The notes below the pieces were generated by a model. It did no database searches and was not told where the DNA came from. It worked only from the letters and a program-made list of their open reading frames with translations. The position numbers and the translations under genes are program-made. A stretch of 64,000 nt of DNA from NCBI GenBank assembly GCA_963772715.1, contig CAVYYM010000041.1, positions 73,345-137,344 of the forward strand, read 5' to 3'. The stretch comes from an uncultured Bacteroidota bacterium (GTDB lineage Bacteria; Bacteroidota; Bacteroidia; Bacteroidales; VadinHA17). Shown piece by piece: positions 20,633 through 30,710 of the stretch (position 1 is the stretch's first letter; every line of letters starts with the position of its first letter).

Positions 20633-21334
20633 ATGAGTTATCTGTATGATCTCTGGGATGATTTCATTAGTCTTCTCTTTCCAAGACTTTGCTATGCATG
20701 TGGAGGCAATCTTTTAAGGAACGAGAATCTTATCTGCACAGAATGCTACATTCTTATTCCCCGCACAAACTATCACCTTCAGGAGGATAATCCTGTTGCA
20801 AGGCTCTTCTGGGGCCGCTGCAAAATCGAGAGGGCTGCGGCATTTTCTTTTTATAATAAAGACAGCAGGATAAGGAAGCTGATTCATAATCTGAAATACA
20901 AGGGGATAAGGGAAGTAGGCCTTGAGCTCGGGAAAATCTATGGCCAGTCATTGTCGGATTCGGATTTTCTGAACGGGATAGATATGATAATTCCAGTGCC
21001 GCTTCACCCGTCAAAAAAGCGGATAAGAGGCTTTAACCAGAGTGAAATAATATCAGATGGATTCTCCGAAGCTACAGGATTGCCTGTATGCGAGGGGATC
21101 CTCGAAAGAACAACACGCTCCGATACACAGACAAGGAGGTCGAGGTATGACAGGTGGGTTAATGTCGAAGGAATTTTCAGTGTGACAGATCGCAGCAAGC
21201 TTGAAGGGAAGCATGTTCTTATCGTTGATGATGTGATAACAACCGGCTCTACACTTGAATCATGTGCTGTCGAATTGCTTAAGAGCGAGGGAGTAAAGGT
21301 CAGTGTGGCAGCGCTGGCTGTGGCTGTCGTCTGA
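20633..21334 (+). CDS. comF: ComF family protein (phosphoribosyltransferase domain)
   Basis: N-terminal Cys pairs (CYACGG...CTEC) and the PRPP-binding loop VLIVDDVITTGST. Confidence 0.8.
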   Translation: MSYLYDLWDDFISLLFPRLCYACGGNLLRNENLICTECYILIPRTNYHLQEDNPVARLFWGRCKIERAAAFSFYNKDSRIRKLIHNLKYKGIREVGLELGKIYGQSLSDSDFLNGIDMIIPVPLHPSKKRIRGFNQSEIISDGFSEATGLPVCEGILERTTRSDTQTRRSRYDRWVNVEGIFSVTDRSKLEGKHVLIVDDVITTGSTLESCAVELLKSEGVKVSVAALAVAVV

Positions 21335-21345
21335 ACCAGGATATA

Positions 21346-21905
21346 TTATTTCACCCTGCCGGGATTCTTTTTCATGAAGTCTTTCCAGCCTGTAAAAGCT
21401 TTTCCGGAGGATGGTGTGTTTGCCTGGTAAAAATGACACAGGGCGGCTGCAAGGCCGTCGGTGGCATCGAGTTTCATTTTGGGGCTGCTGAATTTAAGGA
21501 TGCTCATCAGCATCGCGGCAACCTGCTCCTTCGATGCAGCTCCCTGTCCGGTTATAGCCATCTTGATCTTCCGGGAGCATATTCGAATATCGGGATCGAT
21601 CGTGTAAGGGCAGCAGCGATGGCTGCGCCCTGGGCTCTTCCCAGCTTCAGCATCGACTGTACGTTCTTGCCGTAAAAGGGAGCTTCGATGGCAAGCTCGT
21701 CAGGATGATACTCATCGATAATTGCGATCGTCCTGTCGAAGATCTGCTTCAGCTTAAGATAATGATCTCCCGTTTTTGAAAGGTCTATCAGACCGATAGT
21801 CACCAGTTCAGGATTTTTCCCGGAAGCCCTTATCACGCCATAACCTGTAATATTTGTGCCGGGGTCGATACCCAGTATTATCCTCTCTTTAGGTTTTCCC
21901 TTCAA
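21346..21905 (-). pseudogene. ruvC: Crossover junction endodeoxyribonuclease RuvC, split by a frameshift near 21570-21576 (one base appears to be missing)
   Basis: The N-terminal ORF ([16 protein letters not shown]...IPIFEYAP) and the C-terminal ORF ([14 protein letters not shown]...ATDGLAAALCH) join as [13 protein letters not shown] if the C3 run is read as C4. Confidence 0.85.
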
Positions 21906-23228
21906 TTTACTGATATATTGCCTAGCTCTTTATCCCGGACAAACATATTGTTCATCCAGGCAGGTTTTTCCGAGTAATGTTTACTGCGGGTAAAGCCGAT
22001 ACTACCCTTTCCTGAAAATGCGCCGGTCTTAAGGTACAGGATAGCTTCTTTCAGGCATTTTTCTTCAGGGTCGTCGAAATCCCTGGTAAGATCATCGGTG
22101 GAAAGCTGAGTAGGCGCAAAACCGTCAAAGAAATCTCCTACCCCTTCTGAATTTACCAGCTTGAATGTGACCGGCCAGAAGAAATATTTTTCACCACAGG
22201 CCCAGCCATTCATACCTACAGGTTTGCCCATCGTTGTATCTCCGACAGAAACGACTGTAATATGTGGTGCAAGTCCGTTCATTACTGCCTCGCTTGCGGA
22301 CGCGGTCATTCGTGTAGTTATTACAACCAGCCTTGGAAGAGAGATCGAGTTGGTGGATGTCTTGAAAGTATATGTGACATTTGCCGCCTGTAATTTCTGA
22401 TTGTACTGAAGCATGGCGAATGTAGTGCCTGCAAGGGAATTGCCACCAATGTAGCTTGCAAGCTGCTGGGCGATATTAAGATACCCGCCTGAATTGTACC
22501 TCAGGTCAAGGATAAGATCTGTGACGCCATTGGCCTTGAAAAATGAAAATGCTGTCTGCAGCTCCTGCGACGAAGGAGATATAAATGACTCGAACACGAG
22601 GTGTCCTGCCTTCTTCGTTCCGGTTGCATCCAGCCAGATGGTATCATAAAGAATTACACTGTTGAAAGTAAAACTGGCTTTTGTAGAGGATATGGGAACC
22701 GTCGATCCATCCGGTTTCTCAAAAACAAAGTTATTTGTGATCCCGGCTGTCGGCGGGCCAAAAGCAGCGCTATATGCTTCAGCATCTTCGTCCAACATTA
22801 TCTGAGCCAGATCATAACCGTTAATGGTTTTTATTATCCATCCACGCTTTACACCCTGAAGAGCCAGAGGAGCGTTTTTATAGATCTGGGCTATTCTTGC
22901 CTTGTTGTCCTCACTCAGACCTACTCTGATATCCATGTCCGACGAAGGTTCCATCCTCCATCTCAGATAAATACTCGTCATAATCTGCCACGAAGCTCCA
23001 ATGCAAATCGATTGGCAGGTATCTCATTGCATCGAGCAGGTCATATGGATTTGAGTAGTTTTCCTTATCAACGACAGGCATGAGATTATACCAGTAATAG
23101 TATGACTTCATTATATAATACAGTGAATCCCTTGCCATTTCAGGTGTCACTTCGGAAGGCGGTTCATCCTTCTTGCATGATCCCATCAGGACCACAAAAA
23201 TTATCAGTAGCAGAGAAAGTCTTTTCAT
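21902..23228 (-). pseudogene. S41 family (C-terminal processing type) peptidase lipoprotein, with a +1 frameshift near 22928-22934
   Basis: The N-terminal ORF carries a lipobox (VVLMGSC). The two parts join as GTFVGHG|IRVGLSEDNK. The C-terminal part carries DLRYNSGGY and TASASE (the Ser nucleophile region). Confidence 0.8.
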
Positions 23229-23277
23229 AATGTTCTGCAGGATTTATCCCTAATTTATTTGGTTCAAAGATAACAAT

Positions 23278-24168
23278 TTATCCCCTTGAAAGTTTACGGT
23301 TCTGAAGCCATATTCCGCAAATGATCAGCAGTAAGCCCACCGGGGTTGTATAATAAACGGGTTCATGGAGAATAAAGTGTACGAAAACCAGGGAAAGAAA
23401 AGGGGCCAGATAAACCAGATTGCTAACCTTGTCAGTTGTTTCTGCCATCTGAAGCGCTTTCAGCCAGAACAGGAATGTAATTCCCATTTCGAAAACACCT
23501 ACATAAACTGCTGCAAGGATACCTTTCATTGCAGTTGCCGATATCTGCCAGTCTTTTGTAACTACCAGGGCAATAGTAATATACATGTAGCCAAAAAGAA
23601 AATTTAGAAACAGTTTGACTGCTTCATCCCTCTTGTCTCTCACATTGAAAATGAAATACAGAGCCCAGAAAACTGAGCTGCCTGTTGCAAATAGCACTCC
23701 TCTTATATCGGAATGGCCGGAACTGAAAAGATTTCCCTGCGAGGATATTATATAGACGCCAATGAAGCTGATGAAGAGGGCAATAAAACTCCTGCTCTTT
23801 ATTTTCTGACCCAGTATCGGAACAGAAAGAAATACAAGGATTATCGGCCATATCTGGTTCAGGGGTTGTGCGATCTGGGCAGGAAGCAGCTTGTAACCGT
23901 TCAGCAGCAAAATATAATAGATGAACGGATTGATCAGTCCCAGCAGTGCTGATCCTAGTAATTCTTTGGCTGTATTCCTGAAGAGCAGGTGAGTTTTCTT
24001 TTCTGCAATAATGACCGCAAGAAGTATGCAGGCAGATGTGCCGGAGGCAATAGCCAGCATGGGAAGTACATCAAGTTCTTTCAGGCTGATCTTGAATACA
24101 GTGGGAACTGTCGACCAGAAGAAGACGGCAAGGAGCGCGTAGATATATGATTTACGGGTTTTATCCAA
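23278..24168 (-). CDS. DMT superfamily / EamA family transporter
   Basis: 296 aa with about 10 predicted TM helices in the two-repeat EamA architecture. Confidence 0.85.
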   Translation of the reverse strand: MDKTRKSYIYALLAVFFWSTVPTVFKISLKELDVLPMLAIASGTSACILLAVIIAEKKTHLLFRNTAKELLGSALLGLINPFIYYILLLNGYKLLPAQIAQPLNQIWPIILVFLSVPILGQKIKSRSFIALFISFIGVYIISSQGNLFSSGHSDIRGVLFATGSSVFWALYFIFNVRDKRDEAVKLFLNFLFGYMYITIALVVTKDWQISATAMKGILAAVYVGVFEMGITFLFWLKALQMAETTDKVSNLVYLAPFLSLVFVHFILHEPVYYTTPVGLLLIICGIWLQNRKLSRG

Positions 24169-24170
24169 TA

Positions 24171-25445
24171 TCAGTCAATCATATCAAATCCTGTATAAGG
24201 AACAAGGACATCAGGCACTCTTATCCCCTTTTCGGTCTGGTTGTTTTCGAGTATGGCTGCAACAATCCTGGGCAATGCCAGCGCGCTTCCGTTCAGTGTA
24301 TGGACAAGCCTTGTCTGTTTTCCACCCTTTTCCCTGAACCTGCATTTCAGTCTGTTTGCCTGGAACGACTCAAAGTTGGATGTAGAGCTTACCTCCAGCC
24401 ATCTTTTCTGTGCTCCTGACCAGACTTCAAAGTCGTAGGTAAGTGCTGAAGTGAATGACATATCACCTCCGCACAGCCTCAGAATACGATATGGCAGGCC
24501 AAGCTTCGAAACAAGTCCTTCCACATGGTTTACCATATCTTCGAGGGATTCATATGAATGATCGGGGTGTGCAATCTGGACGATCTCGACCTTGTCGAAC
24601 TGATGAAGCCTGTTCAGCCCCCTCACATGTGCGCCCCACGATCCTGCCTCCCTTCTGAAGCATGGAGTATAAGCTACATTTTTAACCGGCAGCTCATCGG
24701 CGTTGAGGATGACATCCCTGTAAATATTTGTGACAGGCACTTCTGCCGTTGGGATAAGATAGAAGTTATCGATTCCCACATGGTACATCTGGCCCTCCTT
24801 GTCGGGCAGTTGTCCCGTGCCAAAGCCTGAATCCTCGTTTACCATTATCGGGGGCATCACTTCCCTGTAGCCTGCTTTTCCTCCCTCGTCGAGGAAGAAA
24901 TTAATGAGCGCTCTTTCAAGTCTGGCGCCCTTGCCTTTATAAACAGGAAAGCCTGCGCCGGTAAGCTTTATTCCCAGGTCGAAATCGATGATGTCGTATT
25001 TTTTAATCAGATCCCAGTGAGGAAGCGCTGAATCCGGCAGAACAGGTATCGTCCCGCCTTCGCGGACATTCACGTTATCGTCTGCGCCATGGCCGGGAGC
25101 AACTGATTCATGTGGCAGATTAGGAAGCCTGACAATTTCATTCCGCAGTTCATCATCGAGCGGTATAAGTTTGTCTGACAGCGATTTGATATCTTCCTTA
25201 AGCTTGTAAGTCTTTTCCCTTGCAGCGTCAGCTTCGTCCTTTTTTCCATCCTTCATCAAGGACCCGATCTCTTTGGATATCCTGTTCATTTCAGCCTGCA
25301 TCTGGTCGGTACGGGTCTGTACATCGCGGCGCTCCGTATCCAATGAAATGATTTTTTCAAGGATCGGGGCAGCATCAAAGTTTTTTATTTTAAGACGTTC
25401 GATGATGAAATCTCTCTTTTCACGGATCAGGCTGATAGTAAGCAT
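24171..25445 (-). CDS. serS: Seryl-tRNA synthetase
   Basis: An N-terminal coiled coil (MLTISLIREKRD...) and the class II motifs FRREAGS, GLNRLHQFDKVE and LNGSALALPR. The ATG at 25445 is preferred over 25478. Confidence 0.93.
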   Translation of the reverse strand: MLTISLIREKRDFIIERLKIKNFDAAPILEKIISLDTERRDVQTRTDQMQAEMNRISKEIGSLMKDGKKDEADAAREKTYKLKEDIKSLSDKLIPLDDELRNEIVRLPNLPHESVAPGHGADDNVNVREGGTIPVLPDSALPHWDLIKKYDIIDFDLGIKLTGAGFPVYKGKGARLERALINFFLDEGGKAGYREVMPPIMVNEDSGFGTGQLPDKEGQMYHVGIDNFYLIPTAEVPVTNIYRDVILNADELPVKNVAYTPCFRREAGSWGAHVRGLNRLHQFDKVEIVQIAHPDHSYESLEDMVNHVEGLVSKLGLPYRILRLCGGDMSFTSALTYDFEVWSGAQKRWLEVSSTSNFESFQANRLKCRFREKGGKQTRLVHTLNGSALALPRIVAAILENNQTEKGIRVPDVLVPYTGFDMID

Positions 25446-25502
25446 ATGATGTAAGTATTTTAATAAAAAAACAGGCATTTGGAAGCCTGCCGTAAAAGTA
25501 TT

Positions 25503-25551
25503 AAAAAACTCCCGAAAATGCTTTTCACATTGTGAAAAGAATTCCGGGAGT
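25503..25551 (-). terminator. Intrinsic terminator of the rplU-rpmA operon
   Basis: A long imperfect hairpin (actcccg...cttttcaca t tgtgaaaag...cgggagt) followed on the minus strand by a U6 tract (A6 at 25503-25508 on the plus strand). It starts 23 nt after the rpmA stop. Confidence 0.55.
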
Positions 25552-25573
25552 CATAATTTATTAAGGAATGGAG

Positions 25574-25834
25574 TTATTCACTTACCGGCTTAACCGATAC
25601 ATAGGACTTGTTATCTTTCTTTTTCCTGAATTCAATTTCTCCGTCGACAAGAGCAAAGAGAGTGTGATCTTTTCCAAGTCCGACATTGAGACCCGGATTA
25701 TGCTTAGTGCCTCGCTGGCGGACAATAATATTCCCGGCTTTGGCGGATTGTCCGCCGAAGAGCTTGACGCCCAGCCGCTTGCTTTGGGAATCGCGACCGT
25801 TGCGTGAACTGCCTGCTCCTTTCTTGTGTGCCAT
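25574..25834 (-). CDS. rpmA: 50S ribosomal protein L27
   Basis: [24 protein letters not shown]... is the invariant L27 N-terminus. 86 aa. Confidence 0.95.
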   Translation of the reverse strand: MAHKKGAGSSRNGRDSQSKRLGVKLFGGQSAKAGNIIVRQRGTKHNPGLNVGLGKDHTLFALVDGEIEFRKKKDNKSYVSVKPVSE

Positions 25835-25865
25835 AATTACAAATATTTAGTTTCTTGTTCTGATA

Positions 25866-26378
25866 TTAAGCTTTTCCCTTGCCTGACTTCTTTGCTTCAG
25901 GTTTTTTCTCTGCCGGCTTCTTTTCTGCCGGTTTTTTTGCTGCTTTCTTGTCTTCAGCTTCCGGTTTCTTTGATGCCGGCTTCTTTGATTCAGCTTTCTT
26001 TTCCTTCACGGGTTCTTCTGCTGCCACAGGGGCTACTTTCTTTACAGCCTGTTTCTTCGCAGATACCTTCCCGTTTATGCTTATAATCTCAACCTGCGTG
26101 AAGTTCTGACGATGGCCATTCTTCACCCTGTATCCTTTTTTTCTCTTCTTTTTGAAGACGATAACTTTTTCACCCCTGACCTTATCAATGACTTGTGCCT
26201 GGACAGTAGCATCCTTTACGGTTGGTTCACCTACGGATACCTTTCCGTCTTCATCGAGTAAAAGTACCTGATCGAATTCGATCTTCTTGCCATCCTCCAC
26301 ATCCAGGCGATGAACAAATATTTTCTTTCCCTCTTCAACTTTGAATTGCTGACCTGCAATTTCTACGATTGCGTACAT
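25866..26378 (-). CDS. rplU: 50S ribosomal protein L21 with a ~65-aa Lys/Ala/Glu/Pro-rich C-terminal extension
   Basis: MYAIVEIAGQQFKVEEGKKIFV...GHRQNFTQVEI is canonical L21 (about 103 aa). It is followed by ...KKPASKKPEAEDKKAAKKPAEKKPAEKKPEAKKSGKGKA. Confidence 0.9.
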   Translation of the reverse strand: MYAIVEIAGQQFKVEEGKKIFVHRLDVEDGKKIEFDQVLLLDEDGKVSVGEPTVKDATVQAQVIDKVRGEKVIVFKKKRKKGYRVKNGHRQNFTQVEIISINGKVSAKKQAVKKVAPVAAEEPVKEKKAESKKPASKKPEAEDKKAAKKPAEKKPAEKKPEAKKSGKGKA

Positions 26379-26471
26379 TTTTCTTTTTATTATGTTACTC
26401 CGTAAGGCGTATCTGACTCTTGCACCAAATAACTTCCTGGGGCCCCGGCGGATTTATTTCAATTCGGACTG

Positions 26472-26479
26472 CAAAGATA
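26472..26479 (-). promoter_or_regulatory. Candidate -7 promoter box (TATCTTTG) for rplU-rpmA
   Basis: The reverse complement of caaagata matches TAnnTTTG. This implies a ~90 nt leader. Confidence 0.4.
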
Positions 26480-26553
26480 TACAAAATAGATTATTAACAA
26501 ACCTCTTGGGATAATTTTTTTGGAGGAAGCCCTCATACTACTTCTATTATCTT

Positions 26554-26561
26554 TATATTTG
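26554..26561 (+). promoter_or_regulatory. Candidate -7 promoter box TATATTTG for the 26608 gene
   Basis: Exact TAnnTTTG match 47 nt upstream of the ATG. Confidence 0.4.
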
Positions 26562-26607
26562 TCTGAGACAACATGATGGTCTGTAAATAATCTGCGCACA
26601 GATTAAT

Positions 26608-27201
26608 ATGAAAAGAGTTAAACTTAAGGTAATGGGAATGTCGTACAGCCAGACTCAATCGGGAGCATATGCGCTTCTGCTGATAGAGGAGAACGGCGAC
26701 AGGAGGATCCCGATTATCATTGGAGGTTTCGAGGCCCAGGCTATTGTAATCAAGCTTGAAAACCTGGAGCCTCCAAGGCCCCTGACACATGACCTTTTCA
26801 AGAAGTTTGCAGATCAGTTCAACATTGCAGTCACCGAGGTAATGATACACAAACTCGAGGATGGTGTTTTCTTCTCAAGGCTGGTATGCAACGATGGCAC
26901 CAATGAATTTTCGATCGACAGCAGGACATCCGATGCAGTGGCCATAGCGCTCAGATTTGCATGCCCTATATATATTGCAGAAGATATTCTTGAAAAGGCA
27001 CAGCTTACAAACAGCCCTTCGGATACAGAATTAGGAGCTGCCACTGAGAACGAGACTAAATATGTGCCGAATGGCAGATATGATACATATACCGATGACG
27101 AGCTTTACAAGATGATTGATGATGCCGTGAAAACAGAAGATTATGAGCGTGCAGCTTCGATAAGGGATGAGATCGAAAAAAGAAAGAAGAAAAAAGGATA
27201 A
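26608..27201 (+). CDS. Bifunctional nuclease family (DUF151/BFN) protein with a C-terminal UVR motif
   Basis: GAYALLLIEENGDRRIPIIIGGFEAQAI...PRPLTHDL is typical of the BFN domain. The C-terminal EDYERAASIRDEIEKRK resembles the UvrB/UvrC interaction motif. Confidence 0.75.
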   Translation: MKRVKLKVMGMSYSQTQSGAYALLLIEENGDRRIPIIIGGFEAQAIVIKLENLEPPRPLTHDLFKKFADQFNIAVTEVMIHKLEDGVFFSRLVCNDGTNEFSIDSRTSDAVAIALRFACPIYIAEDILEKAQLTNSPSDTELGAATENETKYVPNGRYDTYTDDELYKMIDDAVKTEDYERAASIRDEIEKRKKKKG

Positions 27202-27283
27202 CCTCTGTACCGGAATGATTCACGATACCGGATTCTAACCAGGGCTGTTCCCCAATTATAAATCACAATAAACTACTATTAAT

Positions 27284-29254
27284 ATGAGACGGATTATTTC
27301 AGGAATTATTCTACTGTTTGTTTTTACGACATGTTCTCTGGCAAAGGATTATAAGCTCAATTCGCCTGACGGGAAAATAGTTGTAACTGTAAAGGCAGGA
27401 CCGGGACTCGAGTGGTCAGCGACATATGATGGCAAGGAAATTATATCTGCAGCAAAAGCAGGGATGATCCTTGGAACAGGTGCTATTCCCGGAGAAAATG
27501 AAATGGTAAGGAAAGCCGTTTTCGGCAAGATCAGCCAGGAGCTGATCCCTGTTGTGCCAAACAAAAGATCGAAGATAGCCGATAACTGCAACACGCTATT
27601 AATCTCCTTTAAATCAGGCATTAATGCTCAATTCAGGGCATACGACGACGGTGTGGCATACAGGTTCGAAACTTCACTGAAAAATGATATCATCGTCAGG
27701 AATGAGGTAACCGACATTAAATTCCCGGCAGGATCGTTTTCATGGTATCCTCTCGAAGAGAGCTTCATGTCGCACAATGAAAGACTTTACATTTACAGTT
27801 CGCTCGATACGCTGAACGAAAAGCACCTGGCCAGTCTTCCTTCACTTTTTGTGGCTAACGGCATAAATGTTCTTATGACAGAATCGGATATCATTGATTA
27901 TCCGGGTATGTGGCTGAGAGGAGGAGAGTCTGGTAAGATCACTGGTGTTCATCCTCAATATCCTGCCGAGGAAAGACTTAAAAGCGACCGTAATCTTTAT
28001 GTCACTAAAACAAAGGACTATATTGCTGAAACAAAAGGTGCAAGGACATTCCCATGGAGGGTATTTGTGATTGCCGGCAATGACGGTAAGCTGATCGAAA
28101 GCGACCTGGTCTGGAAGCTTGCAGCACCCTGCAAAATTGCCGACACGAAATGGATAAAACCCGGACAGGTTGCATGGGACTGGTGGAATGCAAATAACAT
28201 ATATGGCGTTGATTTTAAGGCTGGCATAAATAATGATACCTATAAATATTATATCGATTTTGCATCCGCCAACGGGATCGAATATGTGATCCTTGACGAA
28301 GGGTGGTACAGGAATGGAGTTACTGTGCTGGAATCGATACCTGCCATTGATATACCTGAACTTTGCAGATATGCAGAAAGCAAAAATGTGGGCATTATTC
28401 TCTGGGTCGTATGGAAGACCTTTTATGACAAGATGGATGAAGCTTGCGCTCTTTATGAAAAGTGGGGAGTCAAGGGAGTCAAGGTCGACTTCATGCAGAG
28501 GGACGACCAGCCTGTGGTTAATTTCTACCAGGAGGCAATGAAAAAGACTGCAGAACATCACCTTCTCATTGATTTCCACGGCGCCTACAAACCTGACGGA
28601 GCCGGGCGCACATGGCCGAATGCACTTACCAGGGAAGGTGTAAAAGGACTCGAGAACAGCAAATGGAGCAAGGACATCACACCTGATCACAACCTCATGC
28701 TTCCTTTTATCAGGATGGTTGCCGGGCCGCTGGATTACACCCCGGGAGCGATGCTGAATTTTGAAAGAAATTACTTCAATCCGCTTTTCAACCGTCCCGG
28801 AAGCCAGGGAACAAGAGTGCATCAGATGGCGCTTTACGTGGTCTTCGAGAGCCCGCTGCAGATGCTGGCTGACTCGCCGACCAACTACATGAAAGAACAG
28901 GAGTGCACGGACTTCATTGTTAAAATTCCGGTTGTATGGGATGACATTAAAGTCCTTGATGCAAAAATCGGCGATTACCTGTTGCTTGCACGCAGGTCGG
29001 GGAATGAATGGTTTGTAGCAGCAATGACCGACTGGAAAGCACGAGATATGCAGCTGGATCTTTCATTTCTTCCTGCAGGGAATTACAATATCGAGATATT
29101 CCGCGACGGGATCAATGCTGACAGGCATGCCCAGGATTACAAGCACCTGACCCAGGAAGTCAAAGCGGGAGAAAAGATTAAGATAAATATGGTTTCCGGA
29201 GGCGGATGGGTGGCAAGGATCACTCCACGGAATAATCAATTTATCCTGAATTGA
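27284..29254 (+). CDS. Glycoside hydrolase family 97 (SusB-like alpha-glucosidase)
   Basis: 656 aa with a signal peptide. YVILDEGW, GVKVDFMQRDDQ, FHGAYKP and LTREGVKGLE are GH97 catalytic-region signatures. Confidence 0.88.
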   Translation: MRRIISGIILLFVFTTCSLAKDYKLNSPDGKIVVTVKAGPGLEWSATYDGKEIISAAKAGMILGTGAIPGENEMVRKAVFGKISQELIPVVPNKRSKIADNCNTLLISFKSGINAQFRAYDDGVAYRFETSLKNDIIVRNEVTDIKFPAGSFSWYPLEESFMSHNERLYIYSSLDTLNEKHLASLPSLFVANGINVLMTESDIIDYPGMWLRGGESGKITGVHPQYPAEERLKSDRNLYVTKTKDYIAETKGARTFPWRVFVIAGNDGKLIESDLVWKLAAPCKIADTKWIKPGQVAWDWWNANNIYGVDFKAGINNDTYKYYIDFASANGIEYVILDEGWYRNGVTVLESIPAIDIPELCRYAESKNVGIILWVVWKTFYDKMDEACALYEKWGVKGVKVDFMQRDDQPVVNFYQEAMKKTAEHHLLIDFHGAYKPDGAGRTWPNALTREGVKGLENSKWSKDITPDHNLMLPFIRMVAGPLDYTPGAMLNFERNYFNPLFNRPGSQGTRVHQMALYVVFESPLQMLADSPTNYMKEQECTDFIVKIPVVWDDIKVLDAKIGDYLLLARRSGNEWFVAAMTDWKARDMQLDLSFLPAGNYNIEIFRDGINADRHAQDYKHLTQEVKAGEKIKINMVSGGGWVARITPRNNQFILN

Positions 29255-30049
29255 ATGAAACAATATCTTGATCTTCTCGATCATGTAATCAGAAACGGCA
29301 CACCGAAGGAGGACCGTACCGGCACCGGCACAATAAGCGTGTTCGGGTACCAGATGAGATTTAACCTGGAGGAGGGTTTCCCGCTTCTAACAACCAAGAA
29401 GCTTCACATCAAATCAATAATTCATGAACTGCTCTGGTTCATTGCAGGTGACACAAACATCAGATACCTGAATGATAACGGAGTCAGGATATGGAACGAG
29501 TGGGCAGACAAGGATGGAAACCTCGGACCTGTGTACGGATACCAGTGGCGGTCGTGGCCTGCTGCTGACGGAAGGAAGATCGACCAGCTCCTGGATGTGA
29601 TCAGCAGCATAAAAAAATCTCCTGATTCCAGACGTCATATTGTAAGTGCATGGAATGTGGGTGAACTGGAAAAGATGGCGCTTCCGCCATGCCATGTAAT
29701 GTTCCAGTTCTATGTTGCAGGAGGTAAGCTGTCATGTCAGCTTTACCAGCGGAGTTGCGACATTTTTATCGGAGTGCCTTTCAATATTGCATCATATGCA
29801 CTTCTTACAATGATGGTTGCACAGGTTACCGGCCTGAAGCCAGGCGATTTTGTCCACACACTCGGCGATGCCCATATTTATCTGAATCATATCGGGCAGG
29901 TAAGGCTTCAGCTTACCAGGGAGCCGTATTCTCTGCCAAAAATGAAAATCAATCCGGCAGTGAATGATATACTGAAATTCAGGTTTGAGGATTTTGAGCT
30001 TTCAGATTACACTGCTCATGCGCATATTAAGGGAGAGATAGCCGTTTAA
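29255..30049 (+). CDS. thyA: Thymidylate synthase
   Basis: MKQYLDLL..., DRTGTGT, LPPCH (the catalytic Cys), YQRSCD and GDAHIY. 264 aa. Confidence 0.95.
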   Translation: MKQYLDLLDHVIRNGTPKEDRTGTGTISVFGYQMRFNLEEGFPLLTTKKLHIKSIIHELLWFIAGDTNIRYLNDNGVRIWNEWADKDGNLGPVYGYQWRSWPAADGRKIDQLLDVISSIKKSPDSRRHIVSAWNVGELEKMALPPCHVMFQFYVAGGKLSCQLYQRSCDIFIGVPFNIASYALLTMMVAQVTGLKPGDFVHTLGDAHIYLNHIGQVRLQLTREPYSLPKMKINPAVNDILKFRFEDFELSDYTAHAHIKGEIAV

Positions 30050-30059
30050 CACAATATTT

Positions 30060-30551
30060 ATGATTTCGATAATAGTTGCCGTTTCAGATGATCTGGGTAT
30101 CGGGAAGAACAATGACCTTTTATGGCATCTTCCTGAGGATATGAAGCGATTCAAAAAACTCACCACGGGGAATACCATCATTATGGGCAGGAGGACATGG
30201 GAATCGCTTCCGAAGAGGCCGCTTCCCAACCGGAAGAATGTTGTCATCACCGATATCCCTGATGAGATTTTTGACGGCGCGGTAACAGCCTATTCAATTG
30301 ATGATGCCATTGCCAAAAGCAAGGGCGACAATGAAATATTCATTATCGGAGGAGGAAGCATCTACAGACAGTTCATGCCGCTGGCCGACAGGCTTTACAT
30401 AACTCATGTGCATAAAAAGACAGAAGCAGATGTCTTTTTCCCGAAAATCAGCAAGAGGATCTGGCAAGTTGTTGGGAAAGAAGATTATACTCCGGAGGAT
30501 GAGGGCATACCATATACCTATGTGATATACGAGGAGAAAGTATTACTATGA
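30060..30551 (+). CDS. folA: Dihydrofolate reductase
   Basis: MISIIVAVS...GIGKNNDLLWHLPEDMKRFKKLTTGNTIIMGRRTWESL. 163 aa. Confidence 0.92.
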   Translation: MISIIVAVSDDLGIGKNNDLLWHLPEDMKRFKKLTTGNTIIMGRRTWESLPKRPLPNRKNVVITDIPDEIFDGAVTAYSIDDAIAKSKGDNEIFIIGGGSIYRQFMPLADRLYITHVHKKTEADVFFPKISKRIWQVVGKEDYTPEDEGIPYTYVIYEEKVLL

Positions 30552-30580
30552 CGAAAAACAAATAAATTGTGAAAAGAGAG

Positions 30581-30637
30581 GGAGATTCCGAGTGGTCCCC
30601 GGATGCGGAGGAATGAGAATCTCCTTTTAATTTTTTT
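30581..30637 (+). terminator. Possible terminator after thyA-folA
   Basis: ggagattc ... gaatctcc (an 8-bp stem with a large GC-rich loop) followed by ttttaattttttt. Confidence 0.4.
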
Positions 30638-30710
30638 CTCTCGGTTAAACCTTTTCGATTCCTTATCTAAATGTTTGTTGATCGGAATTATTCACTAAAA
30701 AATACAACTT

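Noticed and set aside
25826-26109. Plus-strand ORFs (86 and 76 aa) rich in F/S/L/A opposite the L21 tail.
   Set aside because: They are the reverse-complement reading of the Lys/Ala/Glu-rich repeat region of rplU, a low-complexity mirror artefact.
27842-28822. A 326-aa ORF on the minus strand.
   Set aside because: It is entirely antisense to the well-supported GH97 gene. It has no recognisable motifs and a low-complexity, Cys/His-rich composition typical of shadow ORFs.
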